A DNA stretch of 64,000 nt from an uncultured Gemmatimonadaceae bacterium (GCA_963790305.1 CAWBOC010000006.1:414675-478674), one strand, 5' to 3'; numbered from the stretch's first letter, positions 9,452-19,251 are shown. Notes: generated from the sequence alone by a model not told the origin. Numbers and translations: made by a program.

Positions 9452-9723
9452 GCTGCCCCTCCTAAGACTGAAAAGCTTTTCGTGATGGCTGAGGTGCCGC
9501 CCCGGGGGCCTAAATCACCGGCCGGGGGAGTGACGGGTTGCCACGCAAACATCGGTTTTGCAACTCGTGGACCGTCCCCCGCCGCACGTGCCGGTTGCCG
9601 GCTCACCCACGGCTAAGGCGCGCTCGGGGGCTTCAAGGCGTTAGGCCTTGGTACGGGGGCATACGCGCGCAGAGGGTCCGCCCGCGTCACAAGGACGTGG
9701 GAAAGGATCTGTTGGACGGGGAG

Positions 9724-9807
9724 TGCCCGGGGCCGGACTCGAACCGACATGGGGTTGCCCCCAGGGGATTTTAAGTCCCCCGCGTCTACCGGTTTCGCCA
9801 CCCGGGC
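9724..9807 (-). tRNA. tRNA-Leu(TAA)
   Basis: GCCCGGGTGGCGAAACCGGTAGACGCGGGGGACTTAAAATCCC...GTTCGAGTCCGGCCCCGGGCA; long variable arm. Confidence 0.95.
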
Positions 9808-9819
9808 AGTCGAGAAACA

Positions 9820-9884
9820 ATGAGGAATGAGGAGAGAGCATTGAGGAAATCGATTTTCCTCACGCCTCATTCCTCATTCCTCAT
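9820..9884. repeat. 7-nt tandem units (TGAGGAA) with inverted arm (TTCCTCA) between two tRNAs
   Basis: atgaggaatgaggagagagcattgaggaaatcgattttcctcacgcctcattcctcattcctcat. Confidence 0.8.
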
Positions 9885-9894
9885 CTGGTTCCAG

Positions 9895-9967
9895 AGCGGG
9901 AAACGGGACTCGAACCCGCGACCCCAACCTTGGCAAGGTTGTGCTCTACCAACTGAGCTATTCCCGC
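9895..9967 (-). tRNA. tRNA-Gly(GCC)
   Basis: GCGGGAATAGCTCAGTTGGTAGAGCACAACCTTGCCAAGGTTGGGGTCGCGGGTTCGAGTCCCGTTTCCCGCT. Confidence 0.97.
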
Positions 9968-9977
9968 GACGGCTCGA

Positions 9978-10006
9978 AAGTTAGCGCTCACCTCCACACG
10001 CGACAA
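9978..10006 (-). promoter_or_regulatory. Probable tRNA promoter TTGTCG-17-TAACTT
   Basis: Minus-strand hexamers with a 17-nt spacer, 10 nt upstream of tRNA-Gly. Confidence 0.55.
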
Positions 10007-10018
10007 GCACGGGCACGC

Positions 10019-11794
10019 TCATGGCCGCAGTCCAAGTGCATGCACGGCGTACCAGACCGACCATGCGAGTAATCCCGACAGCGTGGCGTCGCCGCCATTG
10101 GCCGTGGCCCGACCCTCGGCGTCCACGAATTCCGCGCCAAGACCATGGTCGAGCGGTGCCCGCCGAAGCCATCGCAGCACGTCAGCGGCGTCCGGCCCGA
10201 TGAGGCGCGCACATTGATGAGCAAGATGCTCCGGCACAGATGCCACCCCGCGCACCGTGCGACGGTAGAGCGAGTCATCGCGCTGGAGCGCATCATAGAG
10301 GGGCAGCCAGTACGCTGACGCGATCGGGTCGTCGCCATCGGTGGTGTGGCCGTCGAGGTCGATCGCACTCGCGAGCGCAGGCTTCCCCGCTTTGTCCATG
10401 ACGAAGTGTCGCATGAGCGCGGCGCGCACCGCGTCCGGCTCCTCGAGGCGATTGGCGGTTTCTTCATCGAGGGTCCTGCGCAGCACGTCGAGCATCTGCG
10501 CAACCACGGCGTTGCCGTGCAGCGTGTATGGCAGCGGCGCGGTAACTCCGGATGGAAGAATCTCCGTCGAGTAGAGCGGCACATCGGCATCACGCCGCCG
10601 CGCGAGATCTTCGGAGGAGACGTACAGCGTCTCGGCGAGAATCGGCTCCTCGACGATCTGGTCGTCGTTCGTCGCGCGGATGTAGCGGTCCGTGGCCAGC
10701 GCGTAGGCAGCGAGCCCCTCGAGCGTAAAGCCCGGCTCGAACATCGTTCCGTCGAAGTAGTGCAGCCCTTCACCGGGGACGTATCCGAGCACCTCACACG
10801 CGCGCAACAGAAGCTCGCGCGCCAGCGGTCCATCGGCGAGCTGAACCGCCGGCAGGGTCCACGACAGCGCCTCCCAGTCGCGCACCGTCACACCGCGCCC
10901 GTTCCACGGCGCTCGTGAGCGGACCAGATAGAGGTGGCCATCGTCGATCGCGCGTCCTACGCCGTAGAAATACGCGAACAACAAGTTGCTGTTCACGATT
11001 CTGTCGATGCCTTCGTGTCCCACCGTCTGCTCGAGCGCGCGCAGGGCATCGCGCGTCGTGGCGAGCAACTCGCTCCAACCGCGGCGCCGCATGACGGCGA
11101 CCGTCGCGCACGCGCCGTCTCGCTCCGGCCCCACGGCCAGGTACACGGCGGCGTGCGCGCGCGCCGCCGGGGCAATAGTGATGTCCTGTCGTATCGTGAA
11201 ACGCCCGCCCGCCGCGCTGATCTCGGCGTCACCTCCAGCGGCAATCGCAACGGCCGCCAGTCCGGGGAGTGCGGCGCCTTCGAGAAGGACGACGCCGTCG
11301 GGCGCCGTCGAGACGACGTGCGCGTCATCCGCTGGCCGTGGCGTCCGCACGCGGATTTGTCGGTGCCCGAGCGCCCCCTCGAACGTCACTTCGAGCCGAG
11401 CCGGCGCCGAGCCGCGGTTGTCGATCGCCAAAGCGTACACGGCGCCGGCGACGTCGGCATCACGCCCGTGCGGGGCGAACAGTGTCCCGCGGACGAGAAG
11501 CGATTCGACCGTCGCGGTGAAGGTGGGGATCCATTCCAGGGCACGCTCCCACGCGAGACCCACGGCGCCTAACGGCTTGTCCACGCCATCGAGGCGCAAC
11601 GTCGGGCGCAGCAGCGGCGCGCCCTCGCCCCGCAGAAAGTCCGACGCGCCGGCGATCTCGACGGCCGCGCGGGCGCCGCGGTGCAGAACGCCGAGCGCGC
11701 GCAACGACCCATCGCTCGGATCGATGCACGGCAGGGCAAGCCAGTGGTTGCCAGTGAGCTGCCAGGCGACGTCGGGCGCAGGTAGGCGTGACAT
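10019..11794 (-). CDS. Putative (alpha/alpha)6 glycoside hydrolase, GH125-like
   Basis: Beta-rich N-domain, then RDWEALSWTLPAV, HYFDGTMFEPGFTLEGLAAY, LYSTEILPSG and PYTLHGN, resembling GH125-annotated proteins. No signal peptide. Confidence 0.6.
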   Translation of the reverse strand: MSRLPAPDVAWQLTGNHWLALPCIDPSDGSLRALGVLHRGARAAVEIAGASDFLRGEGAPLLRPTLRLDGVDKPLGAVGLAWERALEWIPTFTATVESLLVRGTLFAPHGRDADVAGAVYALAIDNRGSAPARLEVTFEGALGHRQIRVRTPRPADDAHVVSTAPDGVVLLEGAALPGLAAVAIAAGGDAEISAAGGRFTIRQDITIAPAARAHAAVYLAVGPERDGACATVAVMRRRGWSELLATTRDALRALEQTVGHEGIDRIVNSNLLFAYFYGVGRAIDDGHLYLVRSRAPWNGRGVTVRDWEALSWTLPAVQLADGPLARELLLRACEVLGYVPGEGLHYFDGTMFEPGFTLEGLAAYALATDRYIRATNDDQIVEEPILAETLYVSSEDLARRRDADVPLYSTEILPSGVTAPLPYTLHGNAVVAQMLDVLRRTLDEETANRLEEPDAVRAALMRHFVMDKAGKPALASAIDLDGHTTDGDDPIASAYWLPLYDALQRDDSLYRRTVRGVASVPEHLAHQCARLIGPDAADVLRWLRRAPLDHGLGAEFVDAEGRATANGGDATLSGLLAWSVWYAVHALGLRP

Positions 11795-11912
11795 TGGTGA
11801 CGTTCGAGTTGACAACGGAGTGCGAAGGATGGTAGCCTCCCCGGCGATCCGTCAACGGCGGCTCGTGTTGTTTCATCTTGCGTGGTAACGACTTACATCC
11901 CTTCGCCAATCC

Positions 11913-13529
11913 GTGTCCGCCGTTCACCGATTTCTGTCGGCCGCGCTCGCGGTCTCACTGCTCGCGAGCAGCGCCGGAGCTCAGGGTAGCCCCTGGTTCG
12001 GCGAGGACGCGCTCGTCCTCTCGCGCGGCATGGTGCGCCTCGGAATTGCGCCGACATGGACGCGCTTCGACCAGCGCTATCGGGCCGACGGCGAGACCGA
12101 GCCGCTCGCCACCGACCTGTCGACAGAGTCACTGGACGCGACGCGCCTCTCGATACTCGGGCCGCTCAGGGAACGCCTGGAGGGGCTGGGACCGACTCCC
12201 GACATCCCTGTCACGCTCGGCCGGCTGCGCGTGGACCACGACGCCAGCATCCTCAGCGTGCCGGTGTCGGCGGAGATCGGGATCGGTGCGCGGCTCTCGT
12301 TAGGAATCATGGTGCCGATCGTGCGTACGCTCTCCGCGGTGCTGTTCAGCCCCAATCCGTCGGTGAACGAAGGCAACGTCGGCATCAACCCGGCGCTCGA
12401 CAGCGACGACGCGCGCGAGCAGAACGAAGCACTGCTCGCCCAGTTCGCGAGTGCGATCGGCGCGCTTCAGGCGCTCATCGACGCCTGTGCCGATCCGGGC
12501 AACCCCGACCCGCGCTGTCCCCAGGCGCGCACGCCAGAAGCCCAGGAGCTCGCGGACAACGCGAGCGCCTTCGCGACCGGTATCGACGACCTCTACTCGC
12601 AAGCCGGATCGGTGTTCGTTCCGGTGAGCAACAGTCCCTTCGACGTCACCATTCGGAACCGCATTGGCTCCTTCGCGCAGTCCTTCGGCGGGTTCGACAT
12701 CAACGACATCACGTCGACCGGGCCCGCCGGCGCGACCATCGCCGGCTCTGCCGATATGGTGCGGATCCTCACCGACTCGGCGTTCGGGTTGCGTGCGCAG
12801 CCACTCGCGACTCGCACGACGACCAGCATCGGGGACATCGAGGTCGGCGCAATGCTTCAGCTGCTGAACACCGTGAAGCGGGATTCGCTTCAGCGGTACG
12901 GCTCCGGCGTCCGCGCAGCAGTCGGGGCCTCATTCCGGTTAGGCACCGGCAAGGCTGACGACCCTGACGACTTCGTCGACGTCCCCAGCGGCGACGGGCA
13001 GAATGACGTCGAGTTGCGGACGCAGTGGGATCTTCTGCTCGGTTCCGGGTTCGCGCTCGGGTTTGGCGGACGCTACGTCGTGCAGCTTCCCGATCGGGAA
13101 ATCGTTCGCATCACCGAGCCGCACCAGCCGTTCGCGGCGTACTGGCGACGCCATGAGGTCGACCGAGACCTTGGCGACGTCGTCGATATCCAGGTTACGC
13201 CGCGCATCGCGTTCGGGAGCTTCTTCTCGCTCATGGCGCAGTACCGAGCACGGCGGAAGGCGGAGGACCAGCACACTGGCCGGTTCGACGCCACCAATGA
13301 CCTTGGCGAGCCCGTTACGCTCGAGGCGGCGATCCTCGATGCGGAGACCGAGCAGCGCGAGGATCGCGTCTCGATCGGCCTCGGCTACTCGACGCTCACG
13401 TCGGTGGCACGAAAGCGCGCGCGCATTCCACTCGAGATCTTTCTGCAATACGGCGAGTCGATCCGCGGAAGCGGCGGGAAGACGCCGAAGCTCGGCGTCG
13501 GCGTCATGCAGGTGCGGGTGTACTTCTAG
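11913..13529 (+). CDS. Hypothetical outer-membrane beta-barrel protein
   Basis: Signal peptide (AGA-Q), IGDIEVG and amphipathic strands, C-terminal VRVYF. Confidence 0.65.
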   Translation: MSAVHRFLSAALAVSLLASSAGAQGSPWFGEDALVLSRGMVRLGIAPTWTRFDQRYRADGETEPLATDLSTESLDATRLSILGPLRERLEGLGPTPDIPVTLGRLRVDHDASILSVPVSAEIGIGARLSLGIMVPIVRTLSAVLFSPNPSVNEGNVGINPALDSDDAREQNEALLAQFASAIGALQALIDACADPGNPDPRCPQARTPEAQELADNASAFATGIDDLYSQAGSVFVPVSNSPFDVTIRNRIGSFAQSFGGFDINDITSTGPAGATIAGSADMVRILTDSAFGLRAQPLATRTTTSIGDIEVGAMLQLLNTVKRDSLQRYGSGVRAAVGASFRLGTGKADDPDDFVDVPSGDGQNDVELRTQWDLLLGSGFALGFGGRYVVQLPDREIVRITEPHQPFAAYWRRHEVDRDLGDVVDIQVTPRIAFGSFFSLMAQYRARRKAEDQHTGRFDATNDLGEPVTLEAAILDAETEQREDRVSIGLGYSTLTSVARKRARIPLEIFLQYGESIRGSGGKTPKLGVGVMQVRVYF

Positions 13530-13626
13530 GGGCGGTCGAGGCTATCGAGGTCGTCAAGGTGATCGAGGAATTTCCTCCTCCCGCGCACCTTGACTGCCTC
13601 GACGACCTTGACGGCCTTGCCCACCT
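13530..13626. repeat. 9-nt AGGTCGTCG-type tandem/inverted element overlapping the recN 3' end
   Basis: aggctatcg aggtcgtca aggtgatcg agg ... ccttgactg cctcgacga ccttgacgg ccttgccca cctt. Confidence 0.8.
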
Positions 13627-15281
13627 TTTCCAAGCAGCTCCCTCGCATGCGCGCGGGAAATGTCGCTCTCGGCATCGCCTCCGAGCATGCGGGCAATCTC
13701 GCTGATGCGCGGGGTGCCGTCGACGACGCTCACGTCGGCCGCCGTGACGCCCTCGCGCGCGCCCTTCGTGACCACGATGTGGTGATGCGCGCGAGCAGCG
13801 ATCTGCGGGAGGTGCGTGATCGCGAACACCTGGTGATGCTGCGCGACACCGCGCAGCGTGTCTCCGACCTGAAGTCCAACGCGCCCACCGATGCCTGCGT
13901 CGACCTCATCGAAGACGAGGGTTGGAACGCGATCGAGCCGAGCCAGGATGGTCTTGAGTGCGAGCATGATCCGCGAGAGCTCGCCGCCTGACGCCACTTT
14001 CGCCAGCGGGCGGGTGTCGTGCCCGACGTTGAGCGTCACGCGATACTCGACGTCCTCGGCCCCTGTCGCCTGTATGGGATCTCGCGGACGAAGGCTGACC
14101 GTGAAATGCCCTTCCGGCATTCCGAGCCCGGGAAGCACCTCGTCGACGGCACGCGACAAGCGCTCTGCCGCGGTGCTTCGAAGCGTCGTGAGGCGCCTGG
14201 CGTCCTCAACGAGACGCGCACGCGCTTCGTCACGGCGACCCTCGAGTGTCTTCAGGTCGAACCCGGCACCATCGACGAGGCTCAGCTCCTCCCGCGCCTC
14301 ACGAGCGACGCGCAACGCATCGACGATCGTCGGCCCGTACTTCTTCGTCAGGCGAAAGAGCAGCTCGCGCCGCCGCTGGACCTCGACGAGGCGCGCCGGA
14401 TCGAGGTCGATCGACTCCTCGTACTCGGAGAGCTGTCGCGAGAGCTCCTCCAGAGCGTAGAACGCGCTGTCGAACAGCTCCTGAAGCCGGCTCGCCGTTG
14501 GGTCGAGCTTTTGCACGTGCGCGAGGGAACGCTGCACGCTGGCGAGCGCGTGGAGCACCGCCTCGTCGCTTCCCTCGAGCGCCGACACCATGCCGGCTGC
14601 GGAGGAACGAAGCTCCTCGGCGTTCTCGAGACGCCTGGCCTCTTCCTCGAGCGTGACCTCCTCGCCTTCCCGTAATCGTGCTTCGTCGATCTCTTTCACG
14701 ACGTGTCGCAGGTAGTCGGCCCGGCGCTCCGCATCGGCTCGGCGTGACGCCAGCGTCTCGATCTCCCGGGTGATTTCGCCCAGCGCTCGATGCGACGCGG
14801 CGACCTTCGCTGCGTGGTCCGTCGCGCCACCGAACGCATCGAGGATGCGGCGCTGCGATTCCTCATCGAGCAGCGTTTGCGCTTCGTGCTGGCCGTGCAG
14901 GTTGACGAGGCCGCGCCCGATCTCGGCCAGCGCCGCGGCTGTCGTCGTCGTATCGTTGATCCATGCGCGCGTGCGCCCCGCCACGGCAACTTCGCGACGA
15001 AGGACGACACGCCCTTCCTCGAGCTCGATCCCACGCTCGTCGAGCATGCGCTCGATCTCGAGCTTGTCGGCGACGTCGAACACGCCCTCGACGATCGCCT
15101 TGTCGGCACCGGTACGGATGAGCTCGGCACTCGCCCGTTCGCCAAGCAGAAGTCCGAGCGCACCCACGATGATCGACTTGCCCGCGCCCGTTTCGCCAGT
15201 GAGCACGTTGAAGCCGGGCGCCAGCGGCAGCGTCAGCGACTCGATGATGGCGAAATTGCGAATGCGCAGCTCGGTGAGCAC
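13554..15281 (-). CDS. recN: DNA repair protein RecN
   Basis: LTGETGAGKS, LHGQHE, ASGGELSR, FDEVDAGIGG, ITHLPQIA. Confidence 0.97.
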   Translation of the reverse strand: MLTELRIRNFAIIESLTLPLAPGFNVLTGETGAGKSIIVGALGLLLGERASAELIRTGADKAIVEGVFDVADKLEIERMLDERGIELEEGRVVLRREVAVAGRTRAWINDTTTTAAALAEIGRGLVNLHGQHEAQTLLDEESQRRILDAFGGATDHAAKVAASHRALGEITREIETLASRRADAERRADYLRHVVKEIDEARLREGEEVTLEEEARRLENAEELRSSAAGMVSALEGSDEAVLHALASVQRSLAHVQKLDPTASRLQELFDSAFYALEELSRQLSEYEESIDLDPARLVEVQRRRELLFRLTKKYGPTIVDALRVAREAREELSLVDGAGFDLKTLEGRRDEARARLVEDARRLTTLRSTAAERLSRAVDEVLPGLGMPEGHFTVSLRPRDPIQATGAEDVEYRVTLNVGHDTRPLAKVASGGELSRIMLALKTILARLDRVPTLVFDEVDAGIGGRVGLQVGDTLRGVAQHHQVFAITHLPQIAARAHHHIVVTKGAREGVTAADVSVVDGTPRISEIARMLGGDAESDISRAHARELLGKGGQGRQGRRGSQGAREEEIPRSP

Positions 15282-16150
15282 TACTCGCCCTCGTCGCGCT
15301 CGCGCAGCCCGCCCCAGCCGAGCTTGCGGCGGAGCACGGAGAAAAACGTGGTTTCGGAGAAGCGCACCACGACGACCGAAGCCGCAGCACGCCGGACCAC
15401 CAGGGAATCTCCAGGCGCGAACATTGTTCCCACCTGTCCGTCGATCGTCACCAGAAGCTCCTCCGGCCCATCTTCCGCACGCACCATGACCTCGGAGTCG
15501 GCGGGAACGACGAGCGGGCGAATGGCGAGCGTATGAGGTGAGATCGGGGTCGTGATAATGAGGTGCTGCGTCGGGAGCACCACCGGGCCGCCTGCCGACA
15601 GATTGTAGGCGGTGGATCCGGTGGGCGTCGAGATAATGACCCCATCGGCGGCGTAGACGCCGACGTCCTCCCCATCGACCAGCACGCGAAGCTTTACCAC
15701 ACGCGCGAAGCCGCCCTTGTGCAGCACGACGTCGTTGAGCGCCAGCCAGCTGCGACGTTCCTCGCCGCGACTGGTCTGCGAGTGCGCCTCCAGCTGCATG
15801 CGGATCTCGGCGAGATAGTCCCCGCGCGCGAACCGCTCGAGCGCGTCATCGAGCTGGTCCTGTCCACAGGACGTCAGGAATCCGAGTCGTCCGAGGTTGA
15901 CGCCAAGGATGGGCACTTCGCGACCGCCAAGGAGCCGGGCGCCGCGCAGCATCGTCCCATCGCCCCCCAGTGTGATCAGCCCGTCGACCGCACTCCCGTC
16001 CTCGATGATCTCCCCTTCCCCGGCGACCTCCGCGAGCCCGCGCTCGAACGCGACCGTTAGGCCCAGCTCGGGCGCGCGCTTCGCAATGCGACGCAGAATC
16101 TCGGGAAGGCCGTCATACCGCCGGTTGCCGACGACGCCGAGTCGTGTCAC
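15281..16150 (-). CDS. nadK: NAD kinase
   Basis: LGGDGTML, NLGRLGFL, ALNDVV, STPTGSTAYNLSAGG. GTG start overlaps the dxs stop. Confidence 0.95.
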   Translation of the reverse strand: MTRLGVVGNRRYDGLPEILRRIAKRAPELGLTVAFERGLAEVAGEGEIIEDGSAVDGLITLGGDGTMLRGARLLGGREVPILGVNLGRLGFLTSCGQDQLDDALERFARGDYLAEIRMQLEAHSQTSRGEERRSWLALNDVVLHKGGFARVVKLRVLVDGEDVGVYAADGVIISTPTGSTAYNLSAGGPVVLPTQHLIITTPISPHTLAIRPLVVPADSEVMVRAEDGPEELLVTIDGQVGTMFAPGDSLVVRRAAASVVVVRFSETTFFSVLRRKLGWGGLRERDEGE

Positions 16151-18036
16151 CCGGCGAGGGCCTCGCTCTCGAGTTGCGCACGGACGCGTCGCGCGATGCC
16201 AGCGGCGTCCAGACCGACGGCGGCCAGCTGCGACTTCCGCGGCGCCTGCTCGATGAAGCAGTCCGGCACGCCGTGCGTGCCGACACGAACGGTGTGATCG
16301 AGCTGCTGGATCACGCGCGCCATCAGAGCGCCAAAGCCGTTGACGATCGTGCCTTCTTCGACGACGAGCACCTGCTTGTGATCGGCGATGATCCCGGCGA
16401 GCGTGAGGGCATCGTACGGCTTCAGAAAGCGACAGTTCACGACCGTCACGTCGATGCCGGACGGTGCCAGTGTGTTGGCTGCTTCGACGCAAGGCAGGAC
16501 CATCGTACCCGCGGCGAGAATGGCGAGGTCGCTTCCCTTTCGCACGACGTCCCACGTTCCGTACGGCACGGCCTCGATCTCGGACATCGCGGGAACGCTG
16601 TCGGGGGTCGCGTCACGCGGATATCGCAGGGCGAAGGGGCCATCGTGCGCGACCGCTGTCCGCAACAGGCCGAGCATCTCGCGTCCATTCATCGGAGCGG
16701 CCACCGTCATGCCAGGCACTGCAAGCATGTAGGCGATGTCGTAGAGGCCCATGTGCGTGGGGCCATCCTCGCCGACGAGCCCCGCGCGGTCCATGCAGAA
16801 AACGACCGGCAGGTGCTGAATGGCCACGTCGTGAATGATGTTGTCGTACGCGCGCTGAAGAAACGTGGAGTAGATGGCGACGACCGGACGGACTCCGCGC
16901 GTGGCGAGGCCGGCCGCGAACGTCACCGCGTGCCCCTCGGCGATGCCGACGTCGAAGAATCGATCGGGGTGCGTACGCGCAAAGATGCTGGTGCCGGTTC
17001 CGGTCGGCATCGCGGCCGTGATCGCGACGACGTCGTGGTGCTCCGTCGCAAGCTCCGTCAGTCCTTTGCCGAAGACGACGGTGTAGGCGGGGTTTGCGGA
17101 CGATTGCTTGAGCTGTTTGCCGGTCGCGGGATCGTGCCCGGGCGGGAGTGCGTGCCACTTCTCGTCGTGCGCGCCAGCCGGGAAGCCTTTCCCCTTCTGT
17201 GTGATCACGTGCACGAGCCGCGGCGTCTCGAGGTCGCGCACCGCGGCAAGGGTGTCGACGAGCGCGTCGATGTCATGGCCGTCAATGGGCCCGAAGTAGC
17301 GAAAGCCAAGCTCCTCGAACAGCACACCCGGCGTGAGGAACGTCTTGACCGACTCCTCCCACTTGCGAACGAGCGAGCCGACCGCCGAAAGCGGGCCCGG
17401 GAGATCGTCGACGATGTTACCGATGGCGCTGCGCACGCGGTTGTAGATCGGGTTGCGCTGTACCGATCCGAGGTATCGCGAGATGGCGCCGACGTTAGGC
17501 GCGATCGACATCTCGTTGTCGTTGAGCACGACCAGGATGTCGCGATCCGACGCCCCGGCGTTGTTCAATCCTTCGTACGACAATCCGCAGGTGAGTGCGC
17601 CGTCACCGACGACGGCGACAACCTTGAACGTCTCTCTGCGGATGTCGCGTGCCGCAGCCATTCCCAATGCGGCCGAGATGGCCGTCGCCGCGTGCCCGGC
17701 GCCAAAGGTGTCGTACTCGCTCTCGGCTCGCTTGAGAAAGCCGGAGATTCCGCCCTCCTGACGAAGAGTCTCCATGCGATCGCGCCGCCCGGTGAGGAGC
17801 TTGTGCGGGTAGCCCTGGTGTCCGACGTCCCAAACGAGCTGGTCGAACGGAGTATCGAACACATGGTGCAGCGCGACTGCCAGCTCGACGACGCCGAGTC
17901 CAGCACCAATGTGTCCACCGGTGCGTGAGCAGGTGTCGATGAGCTCGTCCCGAATCTCGGCGGCGAGCGTTCGCAGCTCGTCGCGCGAGAGCGACTTGAG
18001 GGCGGCGGGTGACTCTAGGCGAGCGAGGATCGACAT
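16147..18036 (-). CDS. dxs: 1-deoxy-D-xylulose-5-phosphate synthase
   Basis: GGHIGAGLG, WDVGHQGYPHK, GDGALT, DRAGLVGEDGPTH. Confidence 0.97.
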   Translation of the reverse strand: MSILARLESPAALKSLSRDELRTLAAEIRDELIDTCSRTGGHIGAGLGVVELAVALHHVFDTPFDQLVWDVGHQGYPHKLLTGRRDRMETLRQEGGISGFLKRAESEYDTFGAGHAATAISAALGMAAARDIRRETFKVVAVVGDGALTCGLSYEGLNNAGASDRDILVVLNDNEMSIAPNVGAISRYLGSVQRNPIYNRVRSAIGNIVDDLPGPLSAVGSLVRKWEESVKTFLTPGVLFEELGFRYFGPIDGHDIDALVDTLAAVRDLETPRLVHVITQKGKGFPAGAHDEKWHALPPGHDPATGKQLKQSSANPAYTVVFGKGLTELATEHHDVVAITAAMPTGTGTSIFARTHPDRFFDVGIAEGHAVTFAAGLATRGVRPVVAIYSTFLQRAYDNIIHDVAIQHLPVVFCMDRAGLVGEDGPTHMGLYDIAYMLAVPGMTVAAPMNGREMLGLLRTAVAHDGPFALRYPRDATPDSVPAMSEIEAVPYGTWDVVRKGSDLAILAAGTMVLPCVEAANTLAPSGIDVTVVNCRFLKPYDALTLAGIIADHKQVLVVEEGTIVNGFGALMARVIQQLDHTVRVGTHGVPDCFIEQAPRKSQLAAVGLDAAGIARRVRAQLESEALAG

Positions 18037-18126
18037 GGCGGACGTCGCGTCTGGAAGCGTGCTTGAAATCTAGTGTCTAACCCTTGGAACCGCAGAAAGC
18101 CGTAGAAACTACGGGCGGCGCGCAGG

Positions 18127-19026
18127 TCAACTACGCCGTGATACCGAAAACCGAGCGAGATGCTCCAGCTCGGGCGTCAACAAGTTCACGGGCTCCAGCG
18201 CCCGACAGGCGTCGTTGGCTAGCTCGCTCGCCCGGGCGATGGCGCCGTCGACCCCGAGCACGGCTGGATACGTGACTTTCCCGAGCGCGGCGTCGCGGCC
18301 GGCGGTCTTGCCAAGCTGCTCCGAGGTCGCGGTCGCATCGAGCACGTCGTCGGCGATCTGGAAGGCCAGGCCGACCGATTCACCATAGCGGTCGAGGGCC
18401 CTCGCGTGGGCGCCGGTCGCGCTGGCCGCTGTCGCCCCAATGCGCACCGAGGCGGCGATCAGGGCACCGGTCTTCGCGCGGTGAATGCGCTCGAGATCGG
18501 CAAGCGATAGCGCCTTCCCCTCCCCTTCGAGATCCAGTAGCTGGCCACCCACCATCCCTCCGGCGCCCGAAGCTCGCATCAACTGCCGAACAATGCTGCC
18601 GCACGCCTCCAGAGGCAACCCGAGTGCTTGCGCACCTTCGAGTGCCGTACGAGCCGCGAATGGAACCATCGTGACACCGGCAATGGTGGCGACCGTCACC
18701 CCGAAGACACGGTGAAGTGTAGGACGACCGCGCCGCACGCTGTCGTTGTCCATGCAGGGAAGGTCATCGTGGACAAGGGAGTATGCGTGGACGATCTCCA
18801 CAGACGCGGCGAGAAGGCTGGCGTCTCCCGTCCCACCGGCGGCGCGATAGACGGCGAGAACCAGCTGCGGCCGCAGGCGCTTGCCGCCTCCGAGCATGCT
18901 GTAGCGGACTGCGTCACCGATCGGCGCAGGAACGCCGACGAGGCCTCGATCGCACACGTGAACGAGCGCATCCTCGATCGCGCGCTGCGCTGTCGCGAGC
19001 AATGCGGGAACGTCGTCAGCCGCCAA
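18127..19026 (-). CDS. ispA: Polyprenyl (farnesyl) diphosphate synthase
   Basis: GGKRLRP, HDDLPCMDNDSVRRG, FQIADDVLD. Confidence 0.93.
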   Translation of the reverse strand: MAADDVPALLATAQRAIEDALVHVCDRGLVGVPAPIGDAVRYSMLGGGKRLRPQLVLAVYRAAGGTGDASLLAASVEIVHAYSLVHDDLPCMDNDSVRRGRPTLHRVFGVTVATIAGVTMVPFAARTALEGAQALGLPLEACGSIVRQLMRASGAGGMVGGQLLDLEGEGKALSLADLERIHRAKTGALIAASVRIGATAASATGAHARALDRYGESVGLAFQIADDVLDATATSEQLGKTAGRDAALGKVTYPAVLGVDGAIARASELANDACRALEPVNLLTPELEHLARFSVSRRS

Positions 19027-19228
19027 GCGGATCTAGTCGGAACGTTCCGTCCGGCCGCTCGAGCAGCTGCTGCACCTGCGTCTCTGCCTGTGAGAGCTGA
19101 TCGGAGGCGCTGCGCACGCGGGCAACGCCCTCCTCGAACAGCTCGAGCGCGCGATCCAGAGGGACGTCGTTGTGCTCGAGCTCGGAAACGATGGCTTCGA
19201 GACGTGTGAGGTCGGAGTCGAAGGTCAT
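19016..19228 (-). CDS. xseB: Exodeoxyribonuclease VII small subunit
   Basis: RLEAIVSELE...LDRALELFEEG; lies between xseA and ispA. Confidence 0.93.
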   Translation of the reverse strand: MTFDSDLTRLEAIVSELEHNDVPLDRALELFEEGVARVRSASDQLSQAETQVQQLLERPDGTFRLDPLGG

Positions 19229-19251
19229 GGGTGCTCAGGGGTGCTCAGGGA
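19229..19251. repeat. GGGTGCTCA-type tandem remnant at the xseA/xseB junction
   Basis: gggtgctca g gggtgctca ggga; contains the xseA stop; same unit as 32735-32810. Confidence 0.6.
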
